A stretch of 60,809 nt of DNA, taken from NCBI GenBank assembly GCA_001723845.1, contig MCBE01000217.1:1-60809 (forward strand). The letters run 5' to 3'. This document shows positions 21,287 to 31,784 of the stretch, one piece after another. Below the pieces are notes generated by a model. It made no database searches, was not told the DNA's origin, and saw nothing but the letters and a program-made list of their open reading frames with translations. A program made the translations under genes and the position numbers. Origin of the DNA: Candidatus Altiarchaeales archaeon WOR_SM1_SCG (GTDB taxonomy: Archaea; Altiarchaeota; Altiarchaeia; IMC4; WOR-SM1-SCG). The first letter of the stretch is position 1; every line of letters begins with the position of its first letter.

Positions 21287-22069
21287 CTATGATTTTGATT
21301 TTGCGAGGGCGAGGATTGCTTTGGTTAACCCGTTCACTGCCTGTGTGAAGTTTTCCTGTTGCGCGGTCAGCGTCTCAAGTATTTTCTCTGTTTTCTTTGA
21401 GGTGTTGTCCATGCTTGCAAGTATGTCTTTCATGGTGTCGGAGATTTTGTCGTATTTCATGTCAAGATGCCGGAAGTTTTCGTTCATCTCCGTTCGCATG
21501 CCCTTCGTCTCGTTTTTGACTTCGGCAACGCCTGTGTTCAACCTGGCAAAGTTTTCACCACTTTCTGTTCTGAATTCGTGCATTTCAGTTCGCATGCCCT
21601 TCGTCTCGTTTTTGACTTCGGCAACGCCTGTGTTCAACCTGGCAAAGTTTTCACCACTTTCTGTTCTGAATTCGTGCATTTCAGTTCGCATACCTTTCGT
21701 TTCTGTTTTGACACCTTTCATCTCATTCAACATTCCATGCCCGACATTGACGAATTTATACTGCTGCTCTGCCATAAACCCCGTCCTAAAGGATTCAAAA
21801 GATTTAATCTCGTCCGTATAATCTTGAATATCAACAGAATCAACATTTGCATGTTCCGGGCGGTTTTCTTTATCTTTTGCGAAATCAATAAATCTATTTA
21901 CATTGTCTTCTGATGATTCAATCAAAACTTTGACGCATTGTTTTCCGTCCTGTTTTATGTTCTTTGCGTCAAAGTTTTCAATCCCTAAATCCTCGGCTGA
22001 ATTCATCAAAAACAGTCGGTATCCGATATCATGGACTTTCATACCTTTGATAAAAATTTTCTTTTTCAT
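21287..22069 (-). CDS. Acylphosphatase-like domain + repetitive coiled-coil protein
   Basis: IKGMKVHDIGYRLFL N-terminus; 32-aa repeats. Confidence 0.75.
   Translation of the reverse strand: MKKKIFIKGMKVHDIGYRLFLMNSAEDLGIENFDAKNIKQDGKQCVKVLIESSEDNVNRFIDFAKDKENRPEHANVDSVDIQDYTDEIKSFESFRTGFMAEQQYKFVNVGHGMLNEMKGVKTETKGMRTEMHEFRTESGENFARLNTGVAEVKNETKGMRTEMHEFRTESGENFARLNTGVAEVKNETKGMRTEMNENFRHLDMKYDKISDTMKDILASMDNTSKKTEKILETLTAQQENFTQAVNGLTKAILALAKSKS
21492..21701. repeat. 96-bp coding tandem repeat (~2.2 units)
   Basis: GTTCGCAT recurs at 21492, 21588 and 21684. Confidence 0.95.
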
Positions 22070-22076
22070 GATCTTT

Positions 22077-22304
22077 TTAAGATATTATACTTATGGGAAT
22101 AATAATGGTGCCTGTGCAATTGCGGCAGTTTAAATCGTTAGATACATCCAGGTAGGTGTTCACACCCCTGCTCAAACCAAGAATTAAAGAAAAAATTAAT
22201 AACCCATATACAAATCCTTTAAACCCGCAATTTTGTTTAAATTCCCCCTCCCCGACGGATTGGGGTTCGTTTTTGTTCCCGGTTTTATTAATTATTGTTG
22301 CCAT
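22077..22304 (-). CDS. Small membrane hypothetical protein
   Basis: 75 aa with one hydrophobic segment. Confidence 0.35.
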   Translation of the reverse strand: MATIINKTGNKNEPQSVGEGEFKQNCGFKGFVYGLLIFSLILGLSRGVNTYLDVSNDLNCRNCTGTIIIPISIIS

Positions 22305-22497
22305 TTTTCGTTTAAACTTTCGTTTAATTTTTATTTAAAACATATCCGGGGTCTCCGGCATGCTCACCTATCGCATAGAAATATTACGCAACAGGTCCGG
22401 CACTAAAATCCCTTGTTATATGTAATTTATAGGAATTTAAAGTAATTAAATTAATAATGAGTTAATGATGTGATAAATTAATTTTTGAATACATTAA

Positions 22498-22772
22498 AAA
22501 TTCCGCGGGACCCATGGTTGAATTTGTTAATGAGGAAAAGGACACGACAGAGGAGAGAGAACATATCGCCGGCGCCAGGAAAATCCAGTGGGTTTATGCC
22601 GACGGCGCAATTGAGGCGGAAATCCGGACGGCGGGAAAAAACCTGCACGGATTCTGCGAATCGGAATGCAGTAATCTTAAAGAATATGATGTTATCCGGT
22701 TTGAACGACTCGGCTTCTCCCGGCTTGACAAAAATGAATAATAAATTAATTTTCCGCTTCGGGCACCGGTGA
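22498..22772 (+). pseudogene. Displaced copy of gltX 3' end (frameshifted)
   Basis: Matches 20956-21229; first ~75 bp identical, then diverged; +1 A near the end. Confidence 0.95.
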
Positions 22773-22861
22773 ATTTATTAACAAACCCCGTATAAAATCT
22801 TTATCCCTGTTTCATGATTCATGCCTTAATTTTACCTTAAATTTAATATTTAATAATAGAA

Positions 22862-25315
22862 ATGGCTTCTGATTCAAATAATTCCGACGGTGAGGAAAAC
22901 AACGAGAAAATCATCCCCCGCAACATTGAAGACGAGATGAAGAAATCCTATATTGATTATTCAATGTCCGTTATTGTCGGAAGGGCACTTCCTGATGTCA
23001 GGGACGGCTTAAAGCCGGTTCACAGGAGAATTCTTTACGCGATGCACGAAGCAGGTATAACTGCAAGTAAGCCGCATAAAAAATCAGCAAGAATTGTCGG
23101 TGATGTTCTTGGGAAATATCATCCTCACGGCGATGCGGCTGTTTATGACACAATGGTTCGTATGGCACAGGACTTCTCACTGCGGTATCCGTTAATTGAC
23201 GGGCAGGGAAATTTCGGAAGCGTTGACGGAGATGCCGCAGCAGCAATGCGTTATACGGAATCCCGGATGGCAAAAATTGCCGAGGAATTACTTGCGGATA
23301 TTGAAAAAGAAACAGTAAATTTTATGCCGAATTACGATGCCTCATTAAATGAACCTGTTGTTCTTCCGGGAAAACTGCCAAATTTATTAATCAACGGCTC
23401 ATCAGGGATTGCAGTCGGTATGGCAACCAACATTCCGCCTCATAATTTAAGTGAAATTATTGACGGAATTATAAAAATCATTGACGAGCCGGAAATAGCA
23501 ATCTCGGAATTAATGGAAATTATTAAAGGTCCTGACTTCCCGACAGCAGGAATCATTCAAGGAACATCCGGGATTATGTCTTATTATGCAACCGGCAGGG
23601 GAAGAATACGACTTCGGGCAAAAGCAGACACAGAAAGTGAGGAGGGAAGAATCATTGTCACAGAACTCCCATACCAGGTGAACAAGGCAAATTTAATTGA
23701 AAATATCGCGCATCTTGTAAAAGACAAAAAGATTGAAGGGATAAGAGACCTAAGAGACGAGAGCGATAGGGAAGGAATGCGAATTGTTATTGAATTAAAA
23801 AGGGATGCTCAGGAAGAAGTTGTTTTAAATCAATTATTTAAACATACTATGATGCAGACAACCTTTGGTGTGATTATGTTAGCACTTGTTGATAACCAGC
23901 CAAAGATTATGGGTCTGATTGAAATAATAAATCACTATTTAGAACACCGGAAAGTTGTTGTTCGTAGGCGAACCGAGTATGAACTAAAAAAGGCAGAAGA
24001 GCGCGCCCATATACTTGAGGGACTGATTATTGCACTTGATAATATTGAGGAAGTCATTAAAATTATCCGCAGTTCAAAAACAGTAGAAATTGCAAAAAAT
24101 GAATTAATGATTAATTTTGAACTCTCGGAAATCCAGGCAAAGGCAATTCTTGACGTGCGGCTTTCAAAACTCACCGGGCTTGAAATTGAAAATGTCAAAA
24201 AAGAATATAATGAACTTCTTGAATTAATTAAAAAATTAAAAGAAATTTTAGCGAGCGAGGAGAAAATTTTAAATATAATAAAGGAGGAACTCGCGGAAAT
24301 TAAAGAAAAATATTGTAAAAAAGATGCGAGAAGAACAAGAATTGATGAATTCTCGGATGATGATGACATTGATGATGAAGATTTAATTCCCGATGAGGAT
24401 GTTGTTGTGACAACCACAAACACCGGATACATCAAGAGAATCCCGATAGACACTTACACAATACAGAAAAGAGGCGGCAAGGGCTTGATCGGCATGAAAA
24501 CAAAAGAAGAGGATTTCATTGTTGACCTTTTCATTGCATCAACCCACGATTATATTTTATTCTTTACAAACAAAGGACAGGTATTCTGGCTGAAAACATA
24601 TAAAATCCCGGCAAGCGGAAGGCATGCGAAAGGCAAAGCAATAATCAATTTAATTCCCCGTCTTGAGGATGATGAAAAAATTAATGCAACAATTCCCGTA
24701 AAGGTCTTTGATGACGAGCATTATCTTATTTTTGCAACAAAGAAGGGAGTTGTAAAAAAGACCGCACTCTCGCAATTCCGGCACCCGAGAATTAACGGGA
24801 TTCGCGCGATAAAACTTGACGAGGGCGACGAAGTTATTGCGACCCTTATGTCAGACGGAACCCGCGAGGTAATAATCGCAACGAAAAACGGGCAGGCATG
24901 TAGGTTTAGAGAGCAGGACACAAGACCAATCGGGAGAAGCACAAGGGGAGTTCGCGGAATACGGCTCAATAAAGGTGATGAAGTTGTCGGTATGGCGGTT
25001 GTTAATGAATCACAAAATTTACTGACAATTACTGAAAAAGGATACGGGAAGCAGTCAATGGTTTCTGCTTACAGGAAGACAAAGAGGGGTGGAAAAGGCG
25101 TTAAAACGATAATTACAAATGAAAGAAACGGTGGAGTTATTTCAATAATTCCTTCATCTGATGCTAATGATGAATTTATTATTATGAGCGAGCAGGGGAT
25201 GGTTATAAGAATTGATGCGAGTAATATCCGTGTTATGGGGAGAAATACGATGGGCGTTCGGATAATGCGGATGAATGAAGGGGATAAGGTTGTTAGTGTT
25301 GCGAAGTTGGATTGA
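22862..25315 (+). CDS. gyrA: DNA gyrase subunit A
   Basis: [30 protein letters not shown], GyrA box QKRGGKG. Confidence 0.98.
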   Translation: MASDSNNSDGEENNEKIIPRNIEDEMKKSYIDYSMSVIVGRALPDVRDGLKPVHRRILYAMHEAGITASKPHKKSARIVGDVLGKYHPHGDAAVYDTMVRMAQDFSLRYPLIDGQGNFGSVDGDAAAAMRYTESRMAKIAEELLADIEKETVNFMPNYDASLNEPVVLPGKLPNLLINGSSGIAVGMATNIPPHNLSEIIDGIIKIIDEPEIAISELMEIIKGPDFPTAGIIQGTSGIMSYYATGRGRIRLRAKADTESEEGRIIVTELPYQVNKANLIENIAHLVKDKKIEGIRDLRDESDREGMRIVIELKRDAQEEVVLNQLFKHTMMQTTFGVIMLALVDNQPKIMGLIEIINHYLEHRKVVVRRRTEYELKKAEERAHILEGLIIALDNIEEVIKIIRSSKTVEIAKNELMINFELSEIQAKAILDVRLSKLTGLEIENVKKEYNELLELIKKLKEILASEEKILNIIKEELAEIKEKYCKKDARRTRIDEFSDDDDIDDEDLIPDEDVVVTTTNTGYIKRIPIDTYTIQKRGGKGLIGMKTKEEDFIVDLFIASTHDYILFFTNKGQVFWLKTYKIPASGRHAKGKAIINLIPRLEDDEKINATIPVKVFDDEHYLIFATKKGVVKKTALSQFRHPRINGIRAIKLDEGDEVIATLMSDGTREVIIATKNGQACRFREQDTRPIGRSTRGVRGIRLNKGDEVVGMAVVNESQNLLTITEKGYGKQSMVSAYRKTKRGGKGVKTIITNERNGGVISIIPSSDANDEFIIMSEQGMVIRIDASNIRVMGRNTMGVRIMRMNEGDKVVSVAKLD

Positions 25316-25319
25316 AATT

Positions 25320-25793
25320 TTAATTTACATTTTTATCTTCTGTTAGCAATTTCATCTGTTGAGTTCCTATTTTATTTATTTCAATTTTATGTTTTATTTC
25401 AATTTTATATGTTTTATCTTCAAATATCGTATTATATGTTTTATCTTCAAATATCTTACCAAACTGTTGGGGGTTCAGATATGCTCTTACTTTTTTAGTT
25501 AGTCCAAAAATTTCGGTGATTCTCGAAGGATCTATCGGCTCTGGCGTATAAAAAGATTGATCTTGTTCGTGTTGGGTGTCTGGATCAGGTAATACATTTA
25601 ATCTCCTTACATTTATTTTTAAAATAACAAATATAGAACTACTGCTTTTCGGTCTCTTTTTTTGTAGATAAACACCTTTAGGAAAACGGTGGTCTACTTC
25701 CTTTTTATCCTTTGGTCTTTTTGGAATTAAACCCTTAACCATAATAGATGGAAGGTTTTCATACTCCGTTTCGTGATATAAATACCTTTCCAT
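25320..25793 (-). CDS. ADP-ribosyltransferase/Tpt1(KptA)-like fold protein
   Basis: LYHET..NLPSI...GLIP, GVYL, ILKINV, PEPIDPSRI pattern. Confidence 0.55.
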   Translation of the reverse strand: MERYLYHETEYENLPSIMVKGLIPKRPKDKKEVDHRFPKGVYLQKKRPKSSSSIFVILKINVRRLNVLPDPDTQHEQDQSFYTPEPIDPSRITEIFGLTKKVRAYLNPQQFGKIFEDKTYNTIFEDKTYKIEIKHKIEINKIGTQQMKLLTEDKNVN

Positions 25794-26047
25794 TTTAGAT
25801 ATTTTTTATTGGTCTCATTTTATTTATAAAATGTTGATTTATTTTGACAATTTGGGAAACTCTATAATAATTTAGAGATATACTATATTAAACATAGATT
25901 TAATTAAAATTCACAGTGCGGTATAATGGAGTATTTCAGAGCCATACGATGAAATCTTTGAACGAAACGCAGTGGAGTGAAATGATCTGATTTTCTTGTT
26001 ATACTCCATAATTCCTCGCTCCGTTTCCGAGTCATACGAGGAAATCC

Positions 26048-26095
26048 TTTGAGACGAATGTCTCAAACGGACACTCGTCGGGGGTGTTGCCCGAC
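26048..26095. repeat. Double-hairpin motif, copy 3
   Basis: TTTGAGAC-gaat-GTCTCAAA then TCGTCGGGGGTGTTGCCCGAC directly before the gyrA duplicate. Confidence 0.7.
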
Positions 26096-26212
26096 ATGGT
26101 GATAAGGATTGATGCAAGCAATATTAGAGTGATGGGGAGAAATACTATGGGAGTTCGGATAATGCGGATGAATGAAGGGGATAAAGTTGTTAGTGTTGCG
26201 AAGCTGGATTGA
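26096..26212 (+). repeat. Displaced copy of gyrA 3' end
   Basis: 117 bp matching 25199-25315; 12 substitutions, all synonymous. Confidence 0.97.
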
Positions 26213-26455
26213 AGTTTGAGTTCAAGAATTTGTTTTTTCAGTTCTTCGTTTTCCTTTTTGAGTTCAAAAATTTCATTTCCCTGTTGTTTGTTTTCTTCTT
26301 TCAGTTCAAGATTCTCTTTTTTCACTTCAACTGATTTTCTGGCAAGTTTCTTTTGCTCATAGACATCATCTGTCCACCATTGGTTTTGCCTTCCGACTTT
26401 TTTAAGATACAATTTTCCTTCACCTTTCAGTTTGTCAAGATATTTTTTACCTTTA
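26213..26455 (-). pseudogene. Internal fragment of a coiled-coil protein gene
   Basis: Open frame KGKKYLDKL...KKENEELKKQILEL without its own start or stop. Confidence 0.45.
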
Positions 26456-26900
26456 TGTCGGACTTATTCCCCGAATCGGACAAAGTTTAATTTCTTGATT
26501 CTAATCCTCTCATAAAATATTAAAAATGAGAGGAGTTAATAAAAATACAATTTACGGACATCTAAAAAAGTTCCAAGAAAAAGCAGGCGGATATACAGGA
26601 AATGACATCTTCAAATTAGCCAAAGAATTTAATGTTAATAGGAAGACGTTAAACAGAAATATAGAAAAATGGGCTGAAACTGACACACGATTTTTGGATA
26701 TTAAATATCTTGGAAAGCGTTATATTTCATTAACTCTGGATGAGGCATTTGAAATAGAACGCAATCTTATGGACAATCCGCTAATGGTCAAAAAATATTT
26801 GCTTGAAAGCATCAACGCAAATAGAGTTCGTAATGATTTGGTGCCTTTGCCAAAGACATCATTCTATGAGGGAAGTTTAAAAAATTATTCTGCAACATGA
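26456..26900 (+). mobile_element. Possible truncated TG-ended element with HTH-containing ORF (26526-26900)
   Basis: Begins TGTCGGAC with TCGGAC repeated; truncates neighbouring gene; ORF has LAKEFNVNRKTL HTH-like segment. Confidence 0.35.
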
Positions 26901-27041
26901 ATCACTGGCTTGAGCAGTTAGGTGTTAAGCCCCGGGTGCATTGGTCAGGGAATCGTGTCATAGTCTTTAAATTTAAAGATTTGAAGTAAATTGGATTATG
27001 TCATCAAAAACTCTGCTAATAAATTATGAATTATTATAAAA

Positions 27042-27182
27042 ATTAAATTTTTTAATCACGGATGCCCCCCAACCACCCCAAGCCCCTCTTTCTCCCGAAA
27101 CCCGCACATTAGATTCATATTCTGCACCGCCTGCCCTGATGCACCCTTAATTAAATTATCAATTGCTGACATCACAAGAATT
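27042..27182 (-). repeat. Displaced copy A of argC 3' end
   Basis: Matches 31771-31911 including stop and 14 bp of downstream sequence. Confidence 0.95.
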
Positions 27183-27236
27183 TACCAGATATTTTTATAA
27201 TTATTTGTAATATATTATATAATACACAGATAAAAA

Positions 27237-27455
27237 ATGGTATACAAAACAATAAGCATCTCAGGTGAGGTTTATTCAAAACTTCTGGCATTAAAGAGAA
27301 GCAATGAATCTTTTTCGGATTTATTTTTAAGGGTTACAAAAAAGGAAAAACCGAAGTTGAGAAATTTTTACGGAAAATGGAAGATGAGTGACAAAGAAGA
27401 GGAGAGTATCTTAAAGGACATAAATAGTTTGTGGAGCAGTTGGGAAATGGATTAA
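27237..27455 (+). CDS. VapB-type antitoxin
   Basis: KTISIS.EVY.KL...ESFSD. Confidence 0.85.
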   Translation: MVYKTISISGEVYSKLLALKRSNESFSDLFLRVTKKEKPKLRNFYGKWKMSDKEEESILKDINSLWSSWEMD

Positions 27456-27462
27456 TAAAAAG

Positions 27463-27852
27463 ATGAAAATTTTAGACACCGATATTTTAATCAGTATTTT
27501 GAGAGGAAAGAAAGATGCAGAGGATGTTTTGGATTATTTAAGCGGAGAGGATATTGCAATAAGTTCCATCACCGCATTTGAACTATATTACGGTGCATTT
27601 AAGTCAGAAAGAACATCCGAGAATATCAAAGAGGTTGACAGTTTGCTTTCCTCTTACCAGGTTATCAATTTTGATAAGAATGCTTCAAAAGAGGCAGGAA
27701 AAATTCATTCAAAATTAGAAAAATCGGGGAAAGGTATCGGAATAAGAGATGTCATGATCGGGGCAATCTGCCTGTTGAACGATGCGGGTCTGATAACCAG
27801 AAATGTGAGGCATTACAGCAGGATTGAAGGGTTGAGGATTGAGAAGTGGTGA
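27463..27852 (+). CDS. vapC: VapC PIN toxin
   Basis: ILDTDILI, FELYYG, DVMIGA, ITRNVRHY. Confidence 0.9.
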   Translation: MKILDTDILISILRGKKDAEDVLDYLSGEDIAISSITAFELYYGAFKSERTSENIKEVDSLLSSYQVINFDKNASKEAGKIHSKLEKSGKGIGIRDVMIGAICLLNDAGLITRNVRHYSRIEGLRIEKW

Positions 27853-27867
27853 TTTCGCAGCGATACT

Positions 27868-28050
27868 TTAAAGCGACTCTTTATGCCTTTCAGCAATACC
27901 TTTTTTAATCAAGTTACCGATTTCTTCCGCACCCATATCGGTAAGTTCGCTTTTGCCTGTGATTTCATCCATCATTTTAATTTTCTGTGCATACTCAAGC
28001 ATCGCCTGTCGTGCGACCTCACTCCATTTTATTTCAGGGTGTGTTTTTAT
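27868..28050 (-). pseudogene. 5'-truncated antitoxin paralogous to 31472-31711
   Basis: HPEIKWSEVARQAM...KSELTD..AEEIG vs INWSEVARQSF...KSTLTEEEA. Confidence 0.7.
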
Positions 28051-28074
28051 TCTAATATTGTCTTTTCAGGTTAT

Positions 28075-28419
28075 TTATCTTTCTTCAGCACCCCATTTGA
28101 GTTTAAATATACCTAAATTTAACTCTACACCAAAATGTCGCTTATAATTATCTTTATTTTCTAATATATCAAAACCAGGATTTGTTAGTCTAATATCTTT
28201 CCAATTTGATCTTGGAGTTTCGGGAGGAATTGCATCTATAAGCCTTTCATTATAGAGCTTATTCAATGCATTATTTGTCCTTGACCTATTTAATTTTAGC
28301 TTTTTGCGAAGAGCAATACTACTATCCACACTCGAATATTCTTCTCTTATATAATACAACCAAGCCAATATCTTGCCTGCATCCCTACCAGTTAGTTTAT
28401 TTGCCATTTTAGATACCAA
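28075..28419 (-). CDS. Winged-HTH-like hypothetical protein
   Basis: NNALNKLYNERLID...IRLTNPGFDILE. Confidence 0.65.
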   Translation of the reverse strand: MVSKMANKLTGRDAGKILAWLYYIREEYSSVDSSIALRKKLKLNRSRTNNALNKLYNERLIDAIPPETPRSNWKDIRLTNPGFDILENKDNYKRHFGVELNLGIFKLKWGAEER

Positions 28420-28512
28420 ATTTTATGTGTGTTATTTATATATTTGATTATGCATGAAAATATTGAAACAAAAAATTTAAAGATGATAGAGATTTATGAT
28501 AGATACGCATTT

Positions 28513-30837
28513 TTATTTACTATTCTTTTTTAACTTAGTATAGTAATAATAAATTCCAATAACATAAAATAAAAAGCTTAATACACCCATCCCTATCTTG
28601 TACATTATATCGAGGGGTATATAATATAAAACAACAGAAGTGCACAACATAAGAATAGTAGCAAGTAAGCACAAATTTTTATTTCTTTTTATCTTATTAG
28701 ATATTCGCTTCATTTGATCGTAAAATAATAAATTAATAACCCAAAAAATAATAAGGAGTTCAAGTATTATAATCATTATAAAGGCATTGGTGTTAAGACC
28801 CTGTAAGAAAACTATACAATCAAAAAATATGATTACTAAAAGTAATAAACCAATCTTTAATAAATCTGTTGTTCGTGTTAAGTTATCTAATTTCTTATGA
28901 AAATCGTTAATTGTTTTATCTTTTTCACTTAACTTACCTGCTTGATCACCAATTGTTTTATCTTTTTCACTTAACTTACCTGCTTGATCACCAATTGTTT
29001 TATCTTTTTCACTTAACTTACCTTCTTGATCACTAATTGTTTTATCTTTTTCACTTAACTTACCTTCTTGATCACTAATTGTTTTATCTTTTTCTTTCAA
29101 TTTTGATTTAAGTTTTTCATCTTTTTTTACTTTATTTTTGATTTCTTCCATTATTTCATTAGATCCTTCAGGATATTTTTCCAAATCAAAAGCATCGTCA
29201 TCAGGTTTATCAGACTCTTTAGTTATAAGTTCCATGACATAATGGCTACCCATTGTTTTTGCAATTTCTTCGGTGGTTAAGTCTTCGTCATCCATCCAAG
29301 GTCCAATTAACTTTAATTTATCAAAGGTTATAACAGGAGGTACCCTCGTTAATCTGCGGATTAGCAAATCATTAAAAACTTCCATACAATCCTTATTAGC
29401 AATATCTGGAGCTAATAACGTGGAAATCATTTCTATCCATTTTTGAAAGTATATACTCATATGAACGGATCCTTCCCCAAAATATTCTCGGTTTACATAA
29501 TATAAACTTCTATCACAGGTTATAAACCAGTAGTTAGGAATCACAGAGGATTCTTCTTCCTTTTCCCTTAATTTTTCCATTAATAATAAATGATATGCAT
29601 CATGTTCTGCTGTTTTTTTGTTTTTCTTACTTCCCTGCGCTATCACCAATGACGTGAGTTCGTCCATTTCAGATTCTGTATACATACCCTCATAGGATTT
29701 TTCATCAATTGAGATATTGTAAACGTTTTTCAAAATTGATCTGGTTTGTTGCTTTAGTTTCATATAATAAGCATCCCATTTTAATGTTGGATTTTCATAT
29801 TTTTTACTAAAAAAATCCGTAAAAAAAATTGAGGGGAATATCTTTTCAAGTTTGTGATATGTTCTATTATGTAACTTATTTATTTTTGTTTTATATTCTT
29901 GATAAGAATTATTAGAGTGATCTAGAACATCAAAATATTCCTCTTCAGTCCTTTTTGTATATAATACATTTATTCCTAAATCCTTCGTTAATTCTATTAA
30001 TTTTTTGATTCCGAGATGAAAATCGTTATTGATTAATAGCGAAATTGTAACATTTGTATCCAAATATACCACATTTTTTGAAAAGTTCTCTTTTAGAAGC
30101 ATATTACATTCAGGATCAAAATTCAATATCTCAAGTATATAATAACTCTGAGCCAGTGAATATAAATATTTGGACATTTCTATGTTCTGATTGAGAATTA
30201 AATCTTTGATAACACCCATTTCTATATTTTTTAATTCTTCATTTTCAGAACTTACAACTATTTTTTCCAATAATAATTGAAAATCCATACCAACAAAGTA
30301 ATCATAATCATCAGTTTTATGATTTAATATCTTTCCTGCAAAACCAATATCTCTGATATTTGGCCCAATACCTTGCTCGCGAAATAGAATCCCCAATACA
30401 TTTCGAAAATCTGATATAATCCCTCTTTTTTCTTTCATGTCTAATTTTCCGAATCGTTCTTTGATATTTGAAATTAATTTTTGCTCAATATCCATTCTAT
30501 TCGTTTCATATTCCTCTTCATGTTCATCTAATTCTGTTTGTTTATTAGCAGATAACGAATATTTAACTCCACTATATGTTTGATTAGGATTTATATATTC
30601 CCTCTCTTCTAATCTTTTTAGTGCCTCTTTTATTTTGTCTTTGGAAACTTTTTTGATGCCGAGGTTATTCTCGATATTAGATATAATTTCGTTCTCACTT
30701 AGCTTCTCATCCGCACTTTTTAATGCAATCATTAGTAAATAGTCATATAACTCATCTCTTATCTCATCAGTCTCTCGGTTTAAAACAAAAACTTGTAATT
30801 TCATCAACGCCCTTTTGGTTTGCTCCACATCATACAT
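28513..30837 (-). CDS. Large wHTH + PIN-like + repeat + 4TM protein
   Basis: VYLDTNV, AEHDAYH, WFITCDRSL; 14-aa repeats; C-terminal TM segments. Confidence 0.7.
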   Translation of the reverse strand: MYDVEQTKRALMKLQVFVLNRETDEIRDELYDYLLMIALKSADEKLSENEIISNIENNLGIKKVSKDKIKEALKRLEEREYINPNQTYSGVKYSLSANKQTELDEHEEEYETNRMDIEQKLISNIKERFGKLDMKEKRGIISDFRNVLGILFREQGIGPNIRDIGFAGKILNHKTDDYDYFVGMDFQLLLEKIVVSSENEELKNIEMGVIKDLILNQNIEMSKYLYSLAQSYYILEILNFDPECNMLLKENFSKNVVYLDTNVTISLLINNDFHLGIKKLIELTKDLGINVLYTKRTEEEYFDVLDHSNNSYQEYKTKINKLHNRTYHKLEKIFPSIFFTDFFSKKYENPTLKWDAYYMKLKQQTRSILKNVYNISIDEKSYEGMYTESEMDELTSLVIAQGSKKNKKTAEHDAYHLLLMEKLREKEEESSVIPNYWFITCDRSLYYVNREYFGEGSVHMSIYFQKWIEMISTLLAPDIANKDCMEVFNDLLIRRLTRVPPVITFDKLKLIGPWMDDEDLTTEEIAKTMGSHYVMELITKESDKPDDDAFDLEKYPEGSNEIMEEIKNKVKKDEKLKSKLKEKDKTISDQEGKLSEKDKTISDQEGKLSEKDKTIGDQAGKLSEKDKTIGDQAGKLSEKDKTINDFHKKLDNLTRTTDLLKIGLLLLVIIFFDCIVFLQGLNTNAFIMIIILELLIIFWVINLLFYDQMKRISNKIKRNKNLCLLATILMLCTSVVLYYIPLDIMYKIGMGVLSFLFYVIGIYYYYTKLKKNSK
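28908..29093. repeat. 42-bp coding tandem repeat (~4.5 units)
   Basis: KLSEKDKTI(S/G)DQ(E/A)G repeated. Confidence 0.9.
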
Positions 30838-31005
30838 TTTAAGTGATTTTCAAAATATTTAGGGAATGTTTGTATTTTACGTTAAATTTTGATTTGAATG
30901 AACTCGCTATTTTTCTGTTCCCCTAAACTATTAAAGTCCATTAATTAAATATTGAAAATCAAAGTAAAAATATACTCACCAAATGAATAACTCAGTAATT
31001 AAAAT

Positions 31006-31067
31006 TCACGGATGCTCCTCAACCATCCAAAGTCCTTCTTTCTCGCGAAACCCGCGCATCAAATTCA
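31006..31067 (-). repeat. Displaced copy B of argC 3' end (more decayed)
   Basis: Matches 31785-31846 with several non-synonymous changes. Confidence 0.8.
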
Positions 31068-31069
31068 CA

Positions 31070-31471
31070 TCACAATTCTGCAATCTCATGAGTAGGATAA
31101 ACTTTTACAATATTTTGTTTCTTTTTAATGGGTCCGTCATTAGACCAGACCGCAATATTCAATTTCAATGCAAGTGCAATGTAAGGCACATCTTTAACAT
31201 CCGGAGAGATCGCTTTTGCTTTCTCTATAAATGGTTCAATCTCTTCAAATGGTACAAGCACAATTCGTCTCTGGAATAATTCCAATAGTTCATCAAATTC
31301 TCCATCAGTTCTTTCTGTCTTCTTTTTGATAAGTTCTCTGTATTTTTCAAATTAAATGAAAATAAATTCTGGCGCATAGAGATGTAAATCATTCCTGAAC
31401 AGAAGTTCAGATGTAATACCCCTCTTGATTAGTGCTGCAAAAAGTATATTTGCGTCAACAACAAGATCCAT
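31070..31471 (-). pseudogene. PIN toxin with single premature TAA (31352-31354)
   Basis: MDLVVDANILFAALI...APEFIFI*FEKY...DVKDVPYIALAL..VWSND, all one frame. Confidence 0.85.
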
Positions 31472-31711
31472 TTACTCCACCTCGCCTGAAACTGAAACAT
31501 ATCTTTTAGTAAGTTTTTTATTTAAATCCGCACCCAACTTCAATGCTTCTTCTTCCGTGAGTGTGCTTTTTGCCTTAAACTTTCTTAAAAATTCCAAATC
31601 ATCTATTTTTTGCATAAATGATTGTCTTGCTACCTCAGACCAGTTAATTCCAGAGAATGACTCCATCCTGTGTTTTAGTTCACCCGGAACTGCTAATGTT
31701 ATTGTCGCCAT
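31472..31711 (-). CDS. RHH-type antitoxin
   Basis: MATITLAVP.ELK..M...INWSEVAR; abuts the PIN gene. Confidence 0.85.
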   Translation of the reverse strand: MATITLAVPGELKHRMESFSGINWSEVARQSFMQKIDDLEFLRKFKAKSTLTEEEALKLGADLNKKLTKRYVSVSGEVE

Positions 31712-31784
31712 TTTTAATATATTTGTTTAAATTATGTGTATATAAATAAATTATGTGTGAATATATAAATATTAAATTTTTTAA

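Noticed and set aside
26032-26412. 126-aa ORF as a real protein
   Set aside because: Chimera of a truncated coiled-coil fragment and the antisense of the gyrA duplicate and hairpins.
21492-29093. 96-bp and 42-bp repeats as CRISPR arrays
   Set aside because: Contiguous in-frame coding repeats without unique spacers; no cas genes.
16974-31471. In-frame TAA in SemiSWEET and PIN genes as stop-codon recoding
   Set aside because: TAA terminates many intact core genes here; single nonsense mutations or sequencing errors are simpler.
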